The notes: a model not told the origin generated them from the sequence alone. Positions 37,991 through 51,385 are shown, counted from the first letter of the stretch. The stretch: 64,000 nt of DNA from Octopus bimaculoides (GCF_001194135.2 NC_068998.1:24727315-24791314), one strand, 5' to 3'. Made by a program: numbers and translations.

Positions 37991-39214
37991 GTTTATTTTT
38001 ATTTTTAAATGAATAGCTACAACCTGTTACGCGGTGTTCATTTCCTGAAGTTTTAGTCATATATGAATAATTTCAATTATGCTTTCCATTACCAATATAT
38101 GTTTCCTTGAGGCCATTTTATTCAAGCCGAAACTTACAACCCCGATTGTAAGTGAGAGAAATATTTATTACCATAATACTTTTAGAGCTGAATTACATGG
38201 CGAAAGACAAATATTTTTTTTTTTAAATCTGATATGCCATTAACTCTTAAACACGATGTCATGTCATATTTTGAGAAAATTCGTTTTGATTAAACGTAGG
38301 CACACACGTAGAAAAATAAAGCAGATTAAAAACATGTCATTCTATAAGGATGTGCCATTTGCCATTACTTTTCAGCGAACAAATTCTGCGTGTTTTTATC
38401 AATTACACATCTTAGTTGAGAGTCGAGGCTATTATTAATGTTATCACTCTGAACATCAGTTGATGAAAACGAAGCAATGAAAATTTATAATCCGTATCGA
38501 TCTCGCGGTTAGTTACAAAACTATTCTAAGACATTGCTTTTAAGACAACTTTACGAATGTTTAACAAGAATTTATACTATCAAATGTATATGATAATATA
38601 AGCGAACGTGGTTAATTTCCTCTTAACAAATGCCATCAAAATAAATTTTCGTATGACTAAGCGACAGTGCATATACATATATTTAATAATCAGAAATAAG
38701 CATACAGACACAAGATCTGTCATGTAATCGCAAACTGAGACCAAAATTATGAACGTTTTGAGTAATATTATGTACGCCACATATATGTATTGGTATCTGA
38801 TTGTTTGTACAATGAATCATGGAAACAATAAACGAGGGAAATATACTGAGGTGAAACTTATCAGCCTCAGAATTCTGTGTTGTATTACTTGTTATTACCA
38901 ACAATGTTTTATTTTTCACATCAACGCTCATATCACAGTCAAAAGATCAAAGGTATTCAAACCATGTTAATTCCGTCTGTTTAAGAAAATGTATGAGAAA
39001 AATATCCAGTTTATCCCTTACAAATGAAAGCGTCAGTATTGAAATAAGGACCTAAGTGTCATTTCTGTATATTAGATCGATCACACCAGCAATCTGTGTC
39101 TGACTCATTCCGTTATAAATTGAAGTGGTTTTTATTTGTAAATTTGTCTTCATTTTTTTTGTTGATTTGCAAAAGTGCATTGATGTAGCAAACTTCATTT
39201 TCAGTCAACATATA

Positions 39215-40171
39215 GGCACAGGTGTGGCTGTGTGGCAAGANNNNNNNNNNNNNNNNNNNNNNNNNNNNNNNNNNNNNNNNNNNNNNNNNNNNNNNNNNNN
39301 NNNNNNNNNNNNNNNNNNNNNNNNNNNNNNNNNNNNNNNNNNNNNNNNNNNNNNNNNNNNNNNNNNNNNNNNNNNNNNNNNNNNNNNNNNNNNNNNNNNN
39401 NNNNNNNNNNNNNNNNNNNNNNNNNNNNNNNNNNNNNNNNNNNNNNNNNNNNNNNNNNNNNNNNNNNNNNNNNNNNNNNNNNNNNNNNNNNNNNNNNNNN
39501 NNNNNNNNNNNNNNNNNNNNNNNNNNNNNNNNNNNNNNNNNNNNNNNNNNNNNNNNNNNNNNNNNNNNNNNNNNNNNNNNNNNNNNNNNNNNNNNNNNNN
39601 NNNNNNNNNNNNNNNNNNNNNNNNNNNNNNNNNNNNNNNNNNNNNNNNNNNNNNNNNNNNNNNNNNNNNNNNNNNNNNNNNNNNNNNNNNNNNNNNNNNN
39701 NNNNNNNNNNNNNNNNNNNNNNNNNNNNNNNNNNNNNNNNNNNNNNNNNNNNNNNNNNNNNNNNNNNNNNNNNNNNNNNNNNNNNNNNNNNNNNNNNNNN
39801 NNNNNNNNNNNNNNNNNNNNNNNNNNNNNNNNNNNNNNNNNNNNNNNNNNNNNNNNNNNNNNNNNNNNNNNNNNNNNNNNNNNNNNNNNNNNNNNNNNNN
39901 NNNNNNNNNNNNNNNNNNNNNNNNNNNNNNNNNNNNNNNNNNNTTATGTGTGTATCTTTGTGTTTGAGTTTGTCTCTCACCATCGCTTGACAACTGATGT
40001 TGGTGTGTTTACTTTCCCGTAACATAGTGGTTCGGCAAAAATGACCGATAAAATAAGTACTAGCTTTACAAAGAATAAGTCCTGGGGTCAATATCCTCGA
40101 CTGAAAAGAAACCTTTTAAGGCGGTGCTCCAGCATGGCCACAGTCAAATGACGGAATCAATTAAAAGAATA
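39215..40171 (+). mobile_element. SINE family A, both ends visible, middle in a gap
   Basis: GGCACAGGTGTGGCTGTGTGGCAAGA|gap|...CGCTTGACAACTGATGTTGG...GGCGGTGCTCCAGCATGGCCACAGTCAAATGA...AAAAGAATA. Confidence 0.88.
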
Positions 40172-41367
40172 CAGTAGGAGTTCTCTACTTGTATTCTGTC
40201 GCGCTAGTAAAAGAATACATTTAATTCATTGATAGGGACAAAGGTATACCAAATAGTGGTCTCCCGTAGAGAGATATACATATATTCCAAAGCCAAAATA
40301 TCAGGACAGCAGAAATAATATCTTTCTTAGTATCTTTCTTAGATAAAATTATACAGAATTATTGTTGAGTTACAGAAACGCATACACACACATCCACACA
40401 GCCACACACAGAAAATACACTCACACAGGGACGACCTCCACACATGCACACACATCTGTAATGTTAACATTAATGAAGAGAAAGTAAAGGTATTCAATAC
40501 AGTAGTAAAATATAAATGATTTTAAAATACATGCCTTCATATCCTCTTGTTCGCTTCACTGGATTTCATACAGCATATAGAGCATATAATCAAGAAATAT
40601 AAAAAAAATTATGAATTATACATCTACAAAATTTGATTATTACAGAATCATTTTTATTAAATTGCAGTCTAACACGTGATTGTGCTGGATAAGTGTCTTA
40701 CTTCCCTTTGATGTAGCATTTAAGTGCATTTAGTTGATTCATTTGCAGTATATATTTATCCAAGATAGACATTACTATGCTGCTTTACTCAAGGTTTTAA
40801 AGTGCTGTGCTTTAAAGGATTAGGGCACTAAATATGATATTAAATGGGCAATTATTAACAGCACTTCATCGTATGATATTGGGAACTCGAAGTGTAATCT
40901 ATGCTTGGGAGTAATATTTTATATCTTTACCTCTAATTACAGGTTTTAAATAACGGAATTGGATTTGCTCTAAAATTTGCACATTTATTTAGAAAAGTAC
41001 TTAAATACTTTTCAAAGAAGGACATTTAACTGAATATCTCGTAGATAGAAGTGCACCGAACCAAATCAAATAATCGCAAATTTTATCCAGTTAGAATTTA
41101 ACAATCTCTTAATGAACATGAAAATAATAATTCTTTTGTGAATTAGTACAAATATGATTAAAATTTCGACTCACTTAACTGCTCTCAATCAACACTACAC
41201 TGCTAATATCTAGAAAAGTGTAAAACTCGATTGCTATAGTCAGGTCTAAGTACCCACTTTAAAATGATATTCATTTCCTCTTTATTTCTCCTTTCCTTCA
41301 ATTCCTTTTAAATGTGTGCATAAAACGTATATGGAATCATTTTATCTTCATTATTTTTGGTTAATAC

Positions 41368-41581
41368 GTCGGCGAGCTGGCAAAAGCGTTAGCACGCTTG
41401 GCGAAATGCTTAGCGTATTTAGTCTGTCTTTACCTTCTGAGTTCAAATTCCGCCACGCTCGACTTTGCCTTTCATTCTTTCGGGGTCGATAAATTGAGTA
41501 CCAGTTGCATACTGAGGTCGATCTAACCTACTGGTCTTCTCCCCCAAAATTGCGGGCTTTGTGCCTAGAGTAGAAAAGATT
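41368..41581 (+). mobile_element. SINE family B, near full length
   Basis: GTCGGCGAGCTGGC...TTCTGAGTTCAAATTCCGCC...GGGGTCGATAAATTGAGTACCAGTTG...GTGCCTAGAGTAGAAAAGAT. Confidence 0.9.
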
Positions 41582-43139
41582 GTGTGTGGTGAATGAAGTG
41601 AATGCATTCTGAATTAAGGTTCTATTCTTCTACTAAGTATATAAAATAATCTCCTCCTGCAATTTTTCAAAAGGTCATCCTAAGTTTAAATGATAAAACT
41701 ATATTTCAAAGCAATCTGCTATCTGGTAAAATGTTCTATGAACCACTAACGTTGGCAAACATTAAGATAGACTATCCTCAGATCGCTTCTTCTACTTGCA
41801 TGGGTAAAATCTTGAACAAAGATGCATAGGAATGCATACATTGGATGAATATATACCTCAACTTAATGAATTAAATGCACATAAATAATACAAGGGATAT
41901 TAGGATACTTATCCAGCAGAAACACGTGTCGGATTGGAATTTAAATGAGAACAATACTGTATGTGTTCGTGTGTGTTAGTTGTGCACTTAACAAGATAAA
42001 AGTTTTGTGACTATCCCCCTATTGGAAAGAGAGACAGAATGTCCAGGTAGAGCTAACACCGCAAACCACGAAAGAGTCAATGCATCACAGATTGTTGTAT
42101 ATGAGGCGGGGGTGTTGCCGAAGGATTCCAGTGGAAGAACGTGTGAAAGCATGCGGGCGCGACAAAGAGTCCCTTCAGGACCAAATTTAACAAGTCGAAC
42201 TTTAATGTCACAAACCTAGCGAAGCACTAATGGTGATTAAAAAGCAATCCCACCGATTGCACCATCAGGAGTATAGCAATGGATCAAGGCAAAAACCTTC
42301 TTCAATGACAGTTGGTGGTACAAGCTCTACATGGACAACAAAATCTTCCTCACTCTGGCATCTACCTAAACTGTATAAGAGAGATTTTCGGATACTTTTC
42401 TTATGGAGGCTGTTATGTCTTTGATTACTGGCGGACTACCCTATGAAATGTTATTGTTGTTACTGCTAAAAGCCATTTCCAAATGAGTTAAGACAGCTAC
42501 CACTGATGAGCTCTTGCTTCTTCTGCCGCTACTGCTGTCATTGCTACTAATACTATTACTTATCAACAATATCGTAAACGAAATAGATACACTATATGAT
42601 TTCTGTACGACAAACATGTCTCAATCCAGACCTAATATCATTAAAATTTAAGTTGATTAATTTCAATATATTTCTCTTATATTTCAGTATGTCTAAATCG
42701 CCTTTTTAAGCGATTAAAACCGGCAATATATTTTGTTATGAATGTAAATATTTACTTTAACATTGATAACATTCTGAAAGCATTTTTTTCTCGTATTTTT
42801 AATATAATTTTACTCGTCTTATCCCTTTTCAATCCATATATATGTGTATGTGTATATATATATATATATATNNNNNNNNNNNNNNNNNNNNNNNNNNNNN
42901 NNNNNNNNNNNNNNNNNNNNNNNNNNNNNNNNNNNNNNNNNNNNNNNNNNNNNNNNNNNNNNNNNNNNNNNNNNNNNNNNNNNNNNNNNNNNNNNNNNNN
43001 NNNNNNNNNNNNNNNNNNNNNNNNNNNNNNNNNNNNNNNNNNNNNNNNNNNNNNNNNNNNNNNNNNNNNNNNNNNNNNNNNNNNNNNNNNNNNNNATACA
43101 CACACACACATACACACACGTATATATATATAAGTGTAT

Positions 43140-43279
43140 GTATGTATGTATGCCATTGTTCAGTTTCATTTCAAGATTTCTTGACAATAGGGAAAAATCC
43201 GGTTTCTAACCTAGATCCAAAGCTTCTTGATTGGAATTTCTTCATCAACAACAGGGTATTTTTGTTTGTCTGTCTGTCA

Positions 43280-43313
<34 letters not shown>

Positions 43314-43600
43314 ATGCATGTATGTATGTATGTATGTATGTATGTACAGATTTGTATAGTTTGCTTTATGAATGTATTCTCAAACATATACTTGCATATC
43401 TAGACATGCAATTATAAGTATGAGAATATCTAGACATGCTCATATATATTAATATGATAAACTTCTGGAAAGTTTTACAGATCTTTACAGTTCCAGTGAT
43501 GGATTGTATCTGTAGTATTCGAATCAGCTTTCTCCTTTCTGGTTTTGAGAAGCCTATTTTCTCAAGATTCGTATTTAGGCAGTGTTTTACATATTGTAAT
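43140..43600 (-). mobile_element. 3' end of the RLE-type LINE, uninterrupted copy
   Basis: Minus frame YVKHCLNTNLEKIGFSKPERRKLIRILQIQSITGTVKICKTFQKFII, then a 3'UTR with an internal (CATA/GACA)n tract and a (CATA)n tail. Homologous to 23738-24834. Confidence 0.72.
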
Positions 43601-43686
43601 GCCCCAATAATTACATACGTTACATATGTATTATATCATACCTTGATACTGTGTGGACTAAGCTTCCCGTTGAGTGGGCGCTGTTA

Positions 43687-44409
43687 TCTATAGTGTTAAA
43701 CAATTTCTGTATGCGTATTAGGGACTACGTAGGTATTAGCATATAAATATAACAATTTTTTAAATTTAGAAACAAATTTGGGAATAATCGAAATAAATTT
43801 CGAAATCCAGCGAAATTCACCCATGAATTAGAAATAATTATTTGTACTAAAAGTAAGGATCTATGTACATCAAATTGTCTTTAAATTAAGTGACGGCAGA
43901 AGAATTATCATTGAACTTTTAAAAGGTATGCTTAAATATTAATGTAATACTTAAATGCAGCGATCAGTTTTCAGTTTTTCTGTAGTTTACCGTTACTTAT
44001 CACATACAGCAGCGGTTTGCTCGTATAAATAAATCTCCGCCAACAGAGAACCTAATTGCAATCAAAAGAGCCAACGCTGCAAGGAGAAAAAAGCAAGCCC
44101 CGTCAAATAAAAACCCAAATAAAACGGCAACCAGGAGAGCTTCGATTGTTGAGAATATGCAAATGCTTAGGGACTCTGAAACTCCTGAACAAGTTGCATC
44201 CAGAAGAGCATCAAATGCTCTTACTAAGAGGAGAGAAAGGGCATTAAAGATACCTGAACAAGCTGAGTCTAAGAGAGCTTCCAATGTAGCCAACATGAGA
44301 AGAGTAAGGTATTCAGAATCACTAGAGCAATCAGAAACCAGAAGAGCTTCCAATGTTATATGAGCTAGCCTAAAACCAGCACTGGCGTGACGGGCGGCTT
44401 TTCAGCTAG
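43687..44409 (+). mobile_element. Non-autonomous Helitron (~720 bp)
   Basis: A|TC 5' end, degenerate GC-rich subterminal hairpin (CCAGCAC-TGGC-GTGACGG), CTAG|T 3' end, no TSD, internal RepHel-N-terminal-like repeats. The 3' end is better supported than the 5' end. Confidence 0.6.
43986..44363 (+). CDS. Open frame (125 codons) of 23-aa STPR-like repeats carried by the Helitron
   Basis: TATRRASIVENMQMLRDSETPEQ / VASRRASNALTKRRERALKIPEQ / AESKRASNVANMRRVRYSESLEQ / SETRRASNVI*. The first ATG is at 44157; the frame is open from 43986. Confidence 0.5.
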   Translation, partial: FTVTYHIQQRFARINKSPPTENLIAIKRANAARRKKQAPSNKNPNKTATRRASIVENMQMLRDSETPEQVASRRASNALTKRRERALKIPEQAESKRASNVANMRRVRYSESLEQSETRRASNVI

Positions 44410-44431
44410 TATATTTCATATATATAGGGAT

Positions 44432-44685
44432 AATTCACAAAAGAAAAACAAAAGACAAAGACAAGTGGTGTACACAACAAACAGATGTATTAGTTTAACG
44501 CTCAGAAAGTAAAAAAGTCTTTAACGTGTCGAGCCTACGCTCTTCCACAGAAAGGAACACAACGAAACAAGGAGAAAAAATAAAGAATGTGTAGTGGATA
44601 GCGATCTATCATGGCGAATACCGGACAGAGGGCTCACACAGGAGAGCTAGGAAAAAAGGGGAGATAATAAAGTAGTGGTGCTCCC
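44432..44685 (-). mobile_element. Dispersed repeat (copy 2 of 2) with hammerhead-like motif
   Basis: Homologous to 19642-19905. The minus strand at 44519-44554 reads CTTT-CTGTGGA-A-GAGC-GTAG-GCTC-GAC-ACGT-T-AAAG. Confidence 0.65.
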
Positions 44686-47359
44686 AATATATATATTCTT
44701 ATACATATACTTACATATGCATGTATCTAAGTTAGTATTTGTGTGCGTGTGTACGTATACTCGTCCATATCTGACTTCGTATGTATCTATGTCTGTGTAC
44801 GCACGCACACGCGCATGTGTGCACGCATTTCTCTGAAAGATATCGATATGAATATATGTGTAAAGATTTTTGATATTCAGGCATGAGGTTTTTAACAACG
44901 TTGTGTTCAGTTGTTTCAGTGCATGTAAGTATCTATACATGTATTAGTTATTTCCAAGTCATGTTACAAGCAATTTCCATTTGTCTTTCTTTATAAAGTG
45001 TTGTTTATAACCTACATCTATTATAAGAAGCTACATGAGCACACACTTGATTCAATGCGGGCTCACAAAGTGATTGTGTCTGTGTGTGTGCATCTGTGCT
45101 TTGTAAATGAATAGGTTTCTATGCCTGTCTGAATGTTTGCATGTGTTAGTATACTTATTTGCATGTCAATGCACAAATATGGTTTTCCAAATATTAGACT
45201 TCGTCGAAATTTCATGCATGTGTTTATCAATATTTGTGTAAGTACCTACGCATGTTACAAGCTATGTATGTTCATATGCTTGTATGTAAATGTATGAGTC
45301 TGAATGTTTGAATTAAATTCTCCGACGAAAGACATACGTAACCGCTGAAGCAGTTGCCTGTTGCTATATACATATTTTCCCCACAAGGGAAATCAAACGT
45401 CTCCTACTATCAGTCTTCTAAAATACAATCTGAAGATTGTTTCAACTTGGATGATTATTTATTGTTAGACCTAGACCTTCTTGACACAATTTCCTCGTAT
45501 GGCACGCGCATTAACACACACAACACACAAACACACACAAATATGTATAACATATATAAGGTATGTATGAGCGTGTCGGTGTGCATCTAGATATATATAT
45601 ATATATGCAGAGCTTATATACATACATGCATGCACACATAAATATACATATGTATATATATATATATATATATNNNNNNNNNNNNNNNNNNNNNNNNNNN
45701 NNNNNNNNNNNNNNNNNNNNNNNNNNNNNNNNNNNNNNNNNNNNNNNNNNNNNNNNNNNNNNNNNNNNNNNNNNNNNNNNNNNNNNNNNNNNNNNNNNNN
45801 NNNNNNNNNNNNNNNNNNNNNNNNNNNNNNNNNNNNNNNNNNNNNNNNNNNNNNNNNNNNNNNNNNNNNNNNNNNNNNNNNNNNNNNNNNNNNNNNNNNN
45901 NNNNNNNNNNNNNNNNNNNNNNNNNNNNNNNNNNNNNNNNNNNNNNNNNNNNNNNNNNNNNNNNNNNNNNNNNNNNNNNNNNNNNNNNNNNNNNNNNNNN
46001 NNNNNNNNNNNNNNNNNNNNNNNNNNNNNNNNNNNNNNNNNNNNNNNNNNNNNNNNNNNNNNNNNNNNNNNNNNNNNNNNNNNNNNNNNNNNNNNNNNNN
46101 NNNNNNNNNNNNNNNNNNNNNNNNNNNNNNNNNNNNNNNNNNNNNNNNNNNNNNNNNNNNNNNNNNNNNNNNNNNNNNNNNNNNNNNNNNNNNNNNNNNN
46201 NNNNNNNNNNNNNNNNNNNNNNNNNNNNNNNNNNNNNNNNNNNNNNNNNNNNNNNNNNNNNNNNNNNNNNNNNNNNNNNNNNNNNNNNNNNNNNNNNNNN
46301 NNNNNNNNNNNNNNNNNNNNNNNNNNNNNNNNNNNNNNNNNNNNNNNNNNNNNNNNNNNNNNNNNNNNNNNNNNNNNNNNNNNNNNNNNNNNNNNNNNNN
46401 NNNNNNNNNNNNNNNNNNNNNNNNNNNNNNNNNNNNNNNNNNATATATATGCATATATACATATATACATATATATGTATATATACATGTATACGTATAT
46501 ATACATATATATATATATATATACATATATATGTATATATACATGTATATGTATATAGATGTAAATGTATATATATATAAGCGTATATATACGCTCATAT
46601 GCAAAGTAATGTGTGCAAATATATACATTCACGCCTTACTCTACTCTAAATTACTGTACATAACAGGGAGAGCGCATAATGAAATTTGTATATATAAGCT
46701 AAAACTTATATATATATATACATATGTGTGTGTGTGTCTGTGTGTATGTGTGTGTGTGTTTGTGTGTGTGTATGTGTGTTTGTATGTGTGTGTATGTGTG
46801 TGTGTGCATGTGTGTGTATATGTGTGTGTGCATATATTAAGGTATGTATATATGTACATATACATATATATACACACACACATATATATATATATGAATT
46901 CTTGCTTGGCATTTTACTTATCATCTACCACAACAAAACAGTTTCAACGGCGGCAACAACAACAGAAATAAGTGAAAAAAATGCAAATAGAACGACAAAA
47001 AGTCTTTTTTTCTAACCATGAAACTAAATAGTATGTAGCAGTATAGAATGTCATATGCTAAAAGCAGTTAATACATACATGTGATATTATTAAGACATTT
47101 CGCAATGTCCTTAGAAATCTTCAAAGTTAAAACACGCAATACGTATATGAATCAATGAATATATATTTTCCTAAAGGAGACGTTATAGGAGGCTCAAACG
47201 ATAAATCGACTTACGCTAATATTACTAATTTCTGTTCTCTATCATATTATGAGTTCAATTCCCAGTAGAATGTATTTCGCCTTTCATCTCACCAAGTCTA
47301 CTAATAGGCGTACCAGGGTTTACTGATTCGCCTATGTACCATCAGTCTATACAATTACA

Positions 47360-47393
<34 letters not shown>

Positions 47394-47809
47394 GTGGGGT
47401 GTTTGCCTATATGTACGCATTAATCTATGTCTGTCTGCCCATGTCTTTTTTCTTTCTTTTTCTCTCTCTCTCTATATATATACCCCCCATATATATATCT
47501 GCACAGAGAAAGAGAAAAAGAGAGATTGAATAAGATAAGGGAAACGCTATTTTTTTATTTGACATTTTATTCTTCTATTGGCAATATGACAAATTCATAT
47601 CTAATACAGCATGTATTTATATGTTCATATGCATTATGTTCGCTTTGTACTTTTTCTATTTGTTATATAGCTCACTTTTACATCTTTTTTCAAATATTTG
47701 TATTTGAATAACTTATAATGTGTGATCTAGCTGATTTCCGAAGAGGGTCGATTTTTGGACTACGGACGGCTGGAATTTTCGTCACAAAACTGAAATATTG
47801 TTTAATACA

Positions 47810-48546
47810 TCGAGCGTTACAATGTCTAAAATCCTGTTGACATTTCAAGATCAACGTAAAACCTGTTCTGGCACGCTTAACTCTTAAGAGAAATCAAAGC
47901 TTACAGAGAGGACCAGCAGAATAGTGAAGCGTTTTGTGTCGAACTGTGGCAGTAAACGTGACAGAGCTAAACCTTCTTCTTGCCAACTCTGCACCGACCT
48001 AGGCCATTAGCTGTGAACGTCATAAAGCTGGATACCATGGGAGAACTGTAGTCACCCACTCAGAATGTTTTGTCCCACCGTGAAGCATGGAGGTAGCTTT
48101 GTGGGGAACTGAGCAGCAATATACCGGAAATCTCTTGGTGCTTCATGTGTTCCACATAACATAGTCAATGCCAAGTATGACCTGATTTTGGCTGATTATA
48201 TCCAGCCTGTGGTAAAAACATTGTTTCTGATGGTAGAGAAACCTTCCAAGATGATACTGTGCTGATTCGTACGACTGATGTTAGTTCAAAATCAGGACGA
48301 GGAGCGAGACCAGAAGTAAGGAAGACAACTTGGATATAAGAGAACACATATGTTGCATTTTGAAGCAGCAATCAAGGAGACATTTCTCTTCACGATCGTC
48401 GCTATAAAGGATAAAGAGTATGTTACTTGAAGAATATCTTATAGTTTCCCTAACAATCACTCAGAATCTGTTCAAGTTAAATCCTCGACGTATTAAAAAT
48501 AGTGTAACTTTCATTTAACAGGTTCTATTATTTAGTTGAACAGCTG
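47810..48546 (+). mobile_element. Tc1-like transposon relic (heavily decayed transposase, right terminus)
   Basis: TMSKILLTF..RKT..NS..KSKL; HKAGYHGRTVV; PTVKHGGS; ILADYIQPVVKTL; TFQDD; terminus ...TATTATTTAGTTGAACAGCTG|TA. Confidence 0.8.
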
Positions 48547-48637
48547 TATATACACATACACACATACATATGCATGCCTGTATTTATATATGTACATATG
48601 AATGTATGAATATTTGTACACACACACACACACACAT

Positions 48638-48692
<55 letters not shown>

Positions 48693-48899
48693 CATGCACA
48701 TGTGTGCGTATGTGCGTGTGTGTGTGTATGTATGTACGTGTGACTGGTAAAGGAAATTGCTAGTTGAAATATATTGGCTATAGTATTTAGAAAGAATGGC
48801 AGTGATACAATTTTAATGACTGACAACTTAGACTGCATTATTTTATCTTAAGTCACGGGAGGAATTTTGGTAGTAAATATGATGTAAACCTCATTTGCC

Positions 48900-49660
48900 G
48901 TCGGAAGATTAACTATATATAACGAAGAAATGAATGCGATAAATGTAGAATTATATGTGAATATTCGCTTGATGCGATAGAAAACTATCAAAGTATACGC
49001 ATTTTAGTCTAAATAATTGTGATAAAACTGTACTTCTTTGCTGCACTGTATTAATTTCAGATGCTAATTATTAACAATTGACCTTGAAGTAATTCTGAAT
49101 GAGTCAACGAATTTAATCATAGTGATATTAACTAAGAGGAAACACAGCAAATGACAGTCTCATCATGAAATCTATCAAAGAGGAAGCTATTGTCATAAAG
49201 AGACAATGATTTTCTCGCGCAATATCGGAAATTGAACTATATATCTTTCATTAGGATCACTGGTGTTGAAGTAATTGATCATTAATGATCTGGAAATCAA
49301 ATACTGTTCTCGCAAAATGAACTGTTGAAACATTTAAGGATGTACCTTGGTTTTCCCATAATACGACTGTTATTTTCATGCATTATTAATCTTCTCTATA
49401 GCTTGTATTAAGAATACAACCAATATCAACAACATATCTTAATGACGAGTCAATGAGGAAGCAGCTATGTGATTGCTCCATATACTAGAGATAACATCCA
49501 AATCTTCCTCAACCATACATTACAGGCTTGAAAACAATGGGACACACAGTATAATGTAATGATCGAATAAAGGATTGGAGGAGCACAGATAAAATGCCTT
49601 TCATCATAAATTTGAAACAACCAGGATGAATTAGGGATAAACAACAACAGCAAAAGAAGC
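48900..49660 (-). pseudogene. Candidate decayed class-A GPCR (TM3-TM7), 5' side abutting a SINE
   Basis: Single frame FDHYIILCVPLFSSL*CMVEEDLDVISSIWS starting at 49567: C at +5, P at +7 and W at +27 from the DRY-Arg position, the canonical DRYxxxCxP...W4.50 spacing with no indel. Weaker TM5-TM7 traces follow (FAVFPL, LNSL, AAKKV). Confidence 0.4.
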
Positions 49661-49661
49661 A

Positions 49662-49861
49662 TATTCTTTCTAGTTTTGGCACAATGCTAGCAATTTGATG
49701 AAAGGGGAGACTCGACTTGGTCGACTGGTATTTTCTTTTATCGGCTCTGAAAGAATGTAAGGGAAAGTTTTCAGAATTTGAACCTAGAATGTAAGAAACT
49801 CGAAGAAATGCCTCTTAGCATTTTGACCTGCATGCGAACGATTCTGCAAGCACGTCACCTT
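49662..49861 (-). mobile_element. SINE family B, diverged
   Basis: Reverse complement of AGGTGACGTGCTTGCAGAATCGTTCGCATGC...AAAATGCTAAGAGGCATTTC...TTGTGCCAAAACTAGAAAGAAT. Confidence 0.7.
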
Positions 49862-51179
49862 AATAGCCGCCTAAACATGTGAGTGACAACTCTGAACTAT
49901 ATTTCCCGTGAATTTTAGAAGCGTTTTAGAAAGTCGTATATTCTAATAATCAGCTGTGAAATTAGACACTTATTACCAGAGATTGATGGAAGTTATATCA
50001 AATTTAATTTGTTAGTGTCAATAGAAAATGCCAAAATTTGAATGGAATAGAATTGGTAATGACTTATCTATGATTAATGTCCAGAATAAATAACAAGATC
50101 TTGTCTTTCGTTTCATATTCCTTTTAGGATATGGTAGTATAAAGAACGATTCCATTTTTGTGTATGATAAAATTATGGTCGCATAAAGAGATTGTAGATT
50201 GAATTAGTTGTCGTTTATATATTTCTCACGCTATAGTCAAAGGAAAACGTGCAGTATATTATATTCTGTAGCGGCTTTCTGAAACTAGTTGGGAGAAGGT
50301 TCACTGACATTTGGGCTAATATGAATTAATCGATTCATTTAAATAATCTAACGGGACGTCAAGGTTGCGCTGTATCTACCAGAAAATAGAGCAGATTTCC
50401 TCGTAGTTACTCGAACAGTCAAGCCTCTGGAGTATCAACCGCCAGTAAAACTCTGACGGAGAAGTACTTTCAACACTATTTTCTAACAAACACTGCTACT
50501 ACGTATGGGACGGCACACTCAAAAGCAGTACAGCACGACTGTGAATTACCATTCGGAGACATGGCCCACGTGATTCGTATTCGTCACCAAAAGTAACCAA
50601 AGGTCAAATGATGGCATTAAATAGAGTGACATACTAGAATTACCAAGTGTGATTTCTTTTATTGTATGTCACAAAGAGTTTAATGAGTGTTTAATGGGCT
50701 ATGTTGTGATGACAAACTATATTAGAAAGAGAATATCAACTTCAGAATCATTTAGTATATATACGTAACTGATGTTTATACTGCGTTGAAAGAATTCTCT
50801 TCTACCAAAGTACGTAAATTCAGTTATCAGTCAATACATAACAATGTATAGACTATATTCACAGTTCTTAAATTCAGCCTGAAATATCAGATTTAAAGGA
50901 AATGAATATATTGCCAATATCATTTAATGTATATCAAATCCAACGACATTCAAAGACATAACATTTTAGACTTTTATGAATAGAAATTAACTAGTAAGAT
51001 CTTGATGGCTGAGAATTTCGCCTTCGCAGTTTCAATACCGACTTTAATCATGATTTAGGAACGATTATATTTTGCTTCTTGTAAACTCTTGTTTCTTTAA
51101 AACTTCATACAATCATCATGAACTTTGGTATAAGCTAAGAATGTTCGTAATCACTACTGAAGTCAGAATTAGACTGAAT

Positions 51180-51385
51180 GTATGTATGTGTGTATGTATG
51201 TATGTATGTATGTATGCATGTATGTATGCATGTGTGTGTGATAATGTGAGTGTGTATGCATGTCATTATTTAGTCTTATTTCAAGATTTCTTGTTAATAG
51301 AGAAAGAGCCAGTTTCTAACCTAGATCCAAGGTTCCTTCATTGAAATTTAAACGACATCAACCAGGTATTTTTGTATGTACGTAT
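51180..51385 (-). mobile_element. Terminal 3'UTR fragment of the RLE-type LINE
   Basis: TTCAAGATTTCTTG...GTTTCTAACCTAGATCCAAG...TTGAAATT shared with 43165-43260 and (inverted) 24730-24825; (TATG)n on both sides. Confidence 0.7.

Noticed and set aside
37950-38900. GPCR-like traces on the minus strand (FGLSLRLHD, TFDSINSC, INFHCF)
   Set aside because: It overlaps the end of the plus-strand candidate, motifs need indels, and it cannot be separated from chance by eye.
42007-42424. GC-richer stretch with two short ORFs
   Set aside because: It looks like a decayed mobile-element fragment, but I could not assign any family or motif.
42498-42535. CTGATGAGC possible hammerhead core
   Set aside because: There is no closing stem II or GAAA downstream.
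9983-46971. Dozens of long ORFs rich in CV/TH/YI/X in the supplied track
   Set aside because: They are translations of dinucleotide/tetranucleotide microsatellites and N-gaps, not genes.
50390-50600. Stop-free plus frame of ~67 codons with nearby CACGTG and AGGTCA motifs
   Set aside because: No ATG near the start and no homology recognised. The short motifs are expected by chance.
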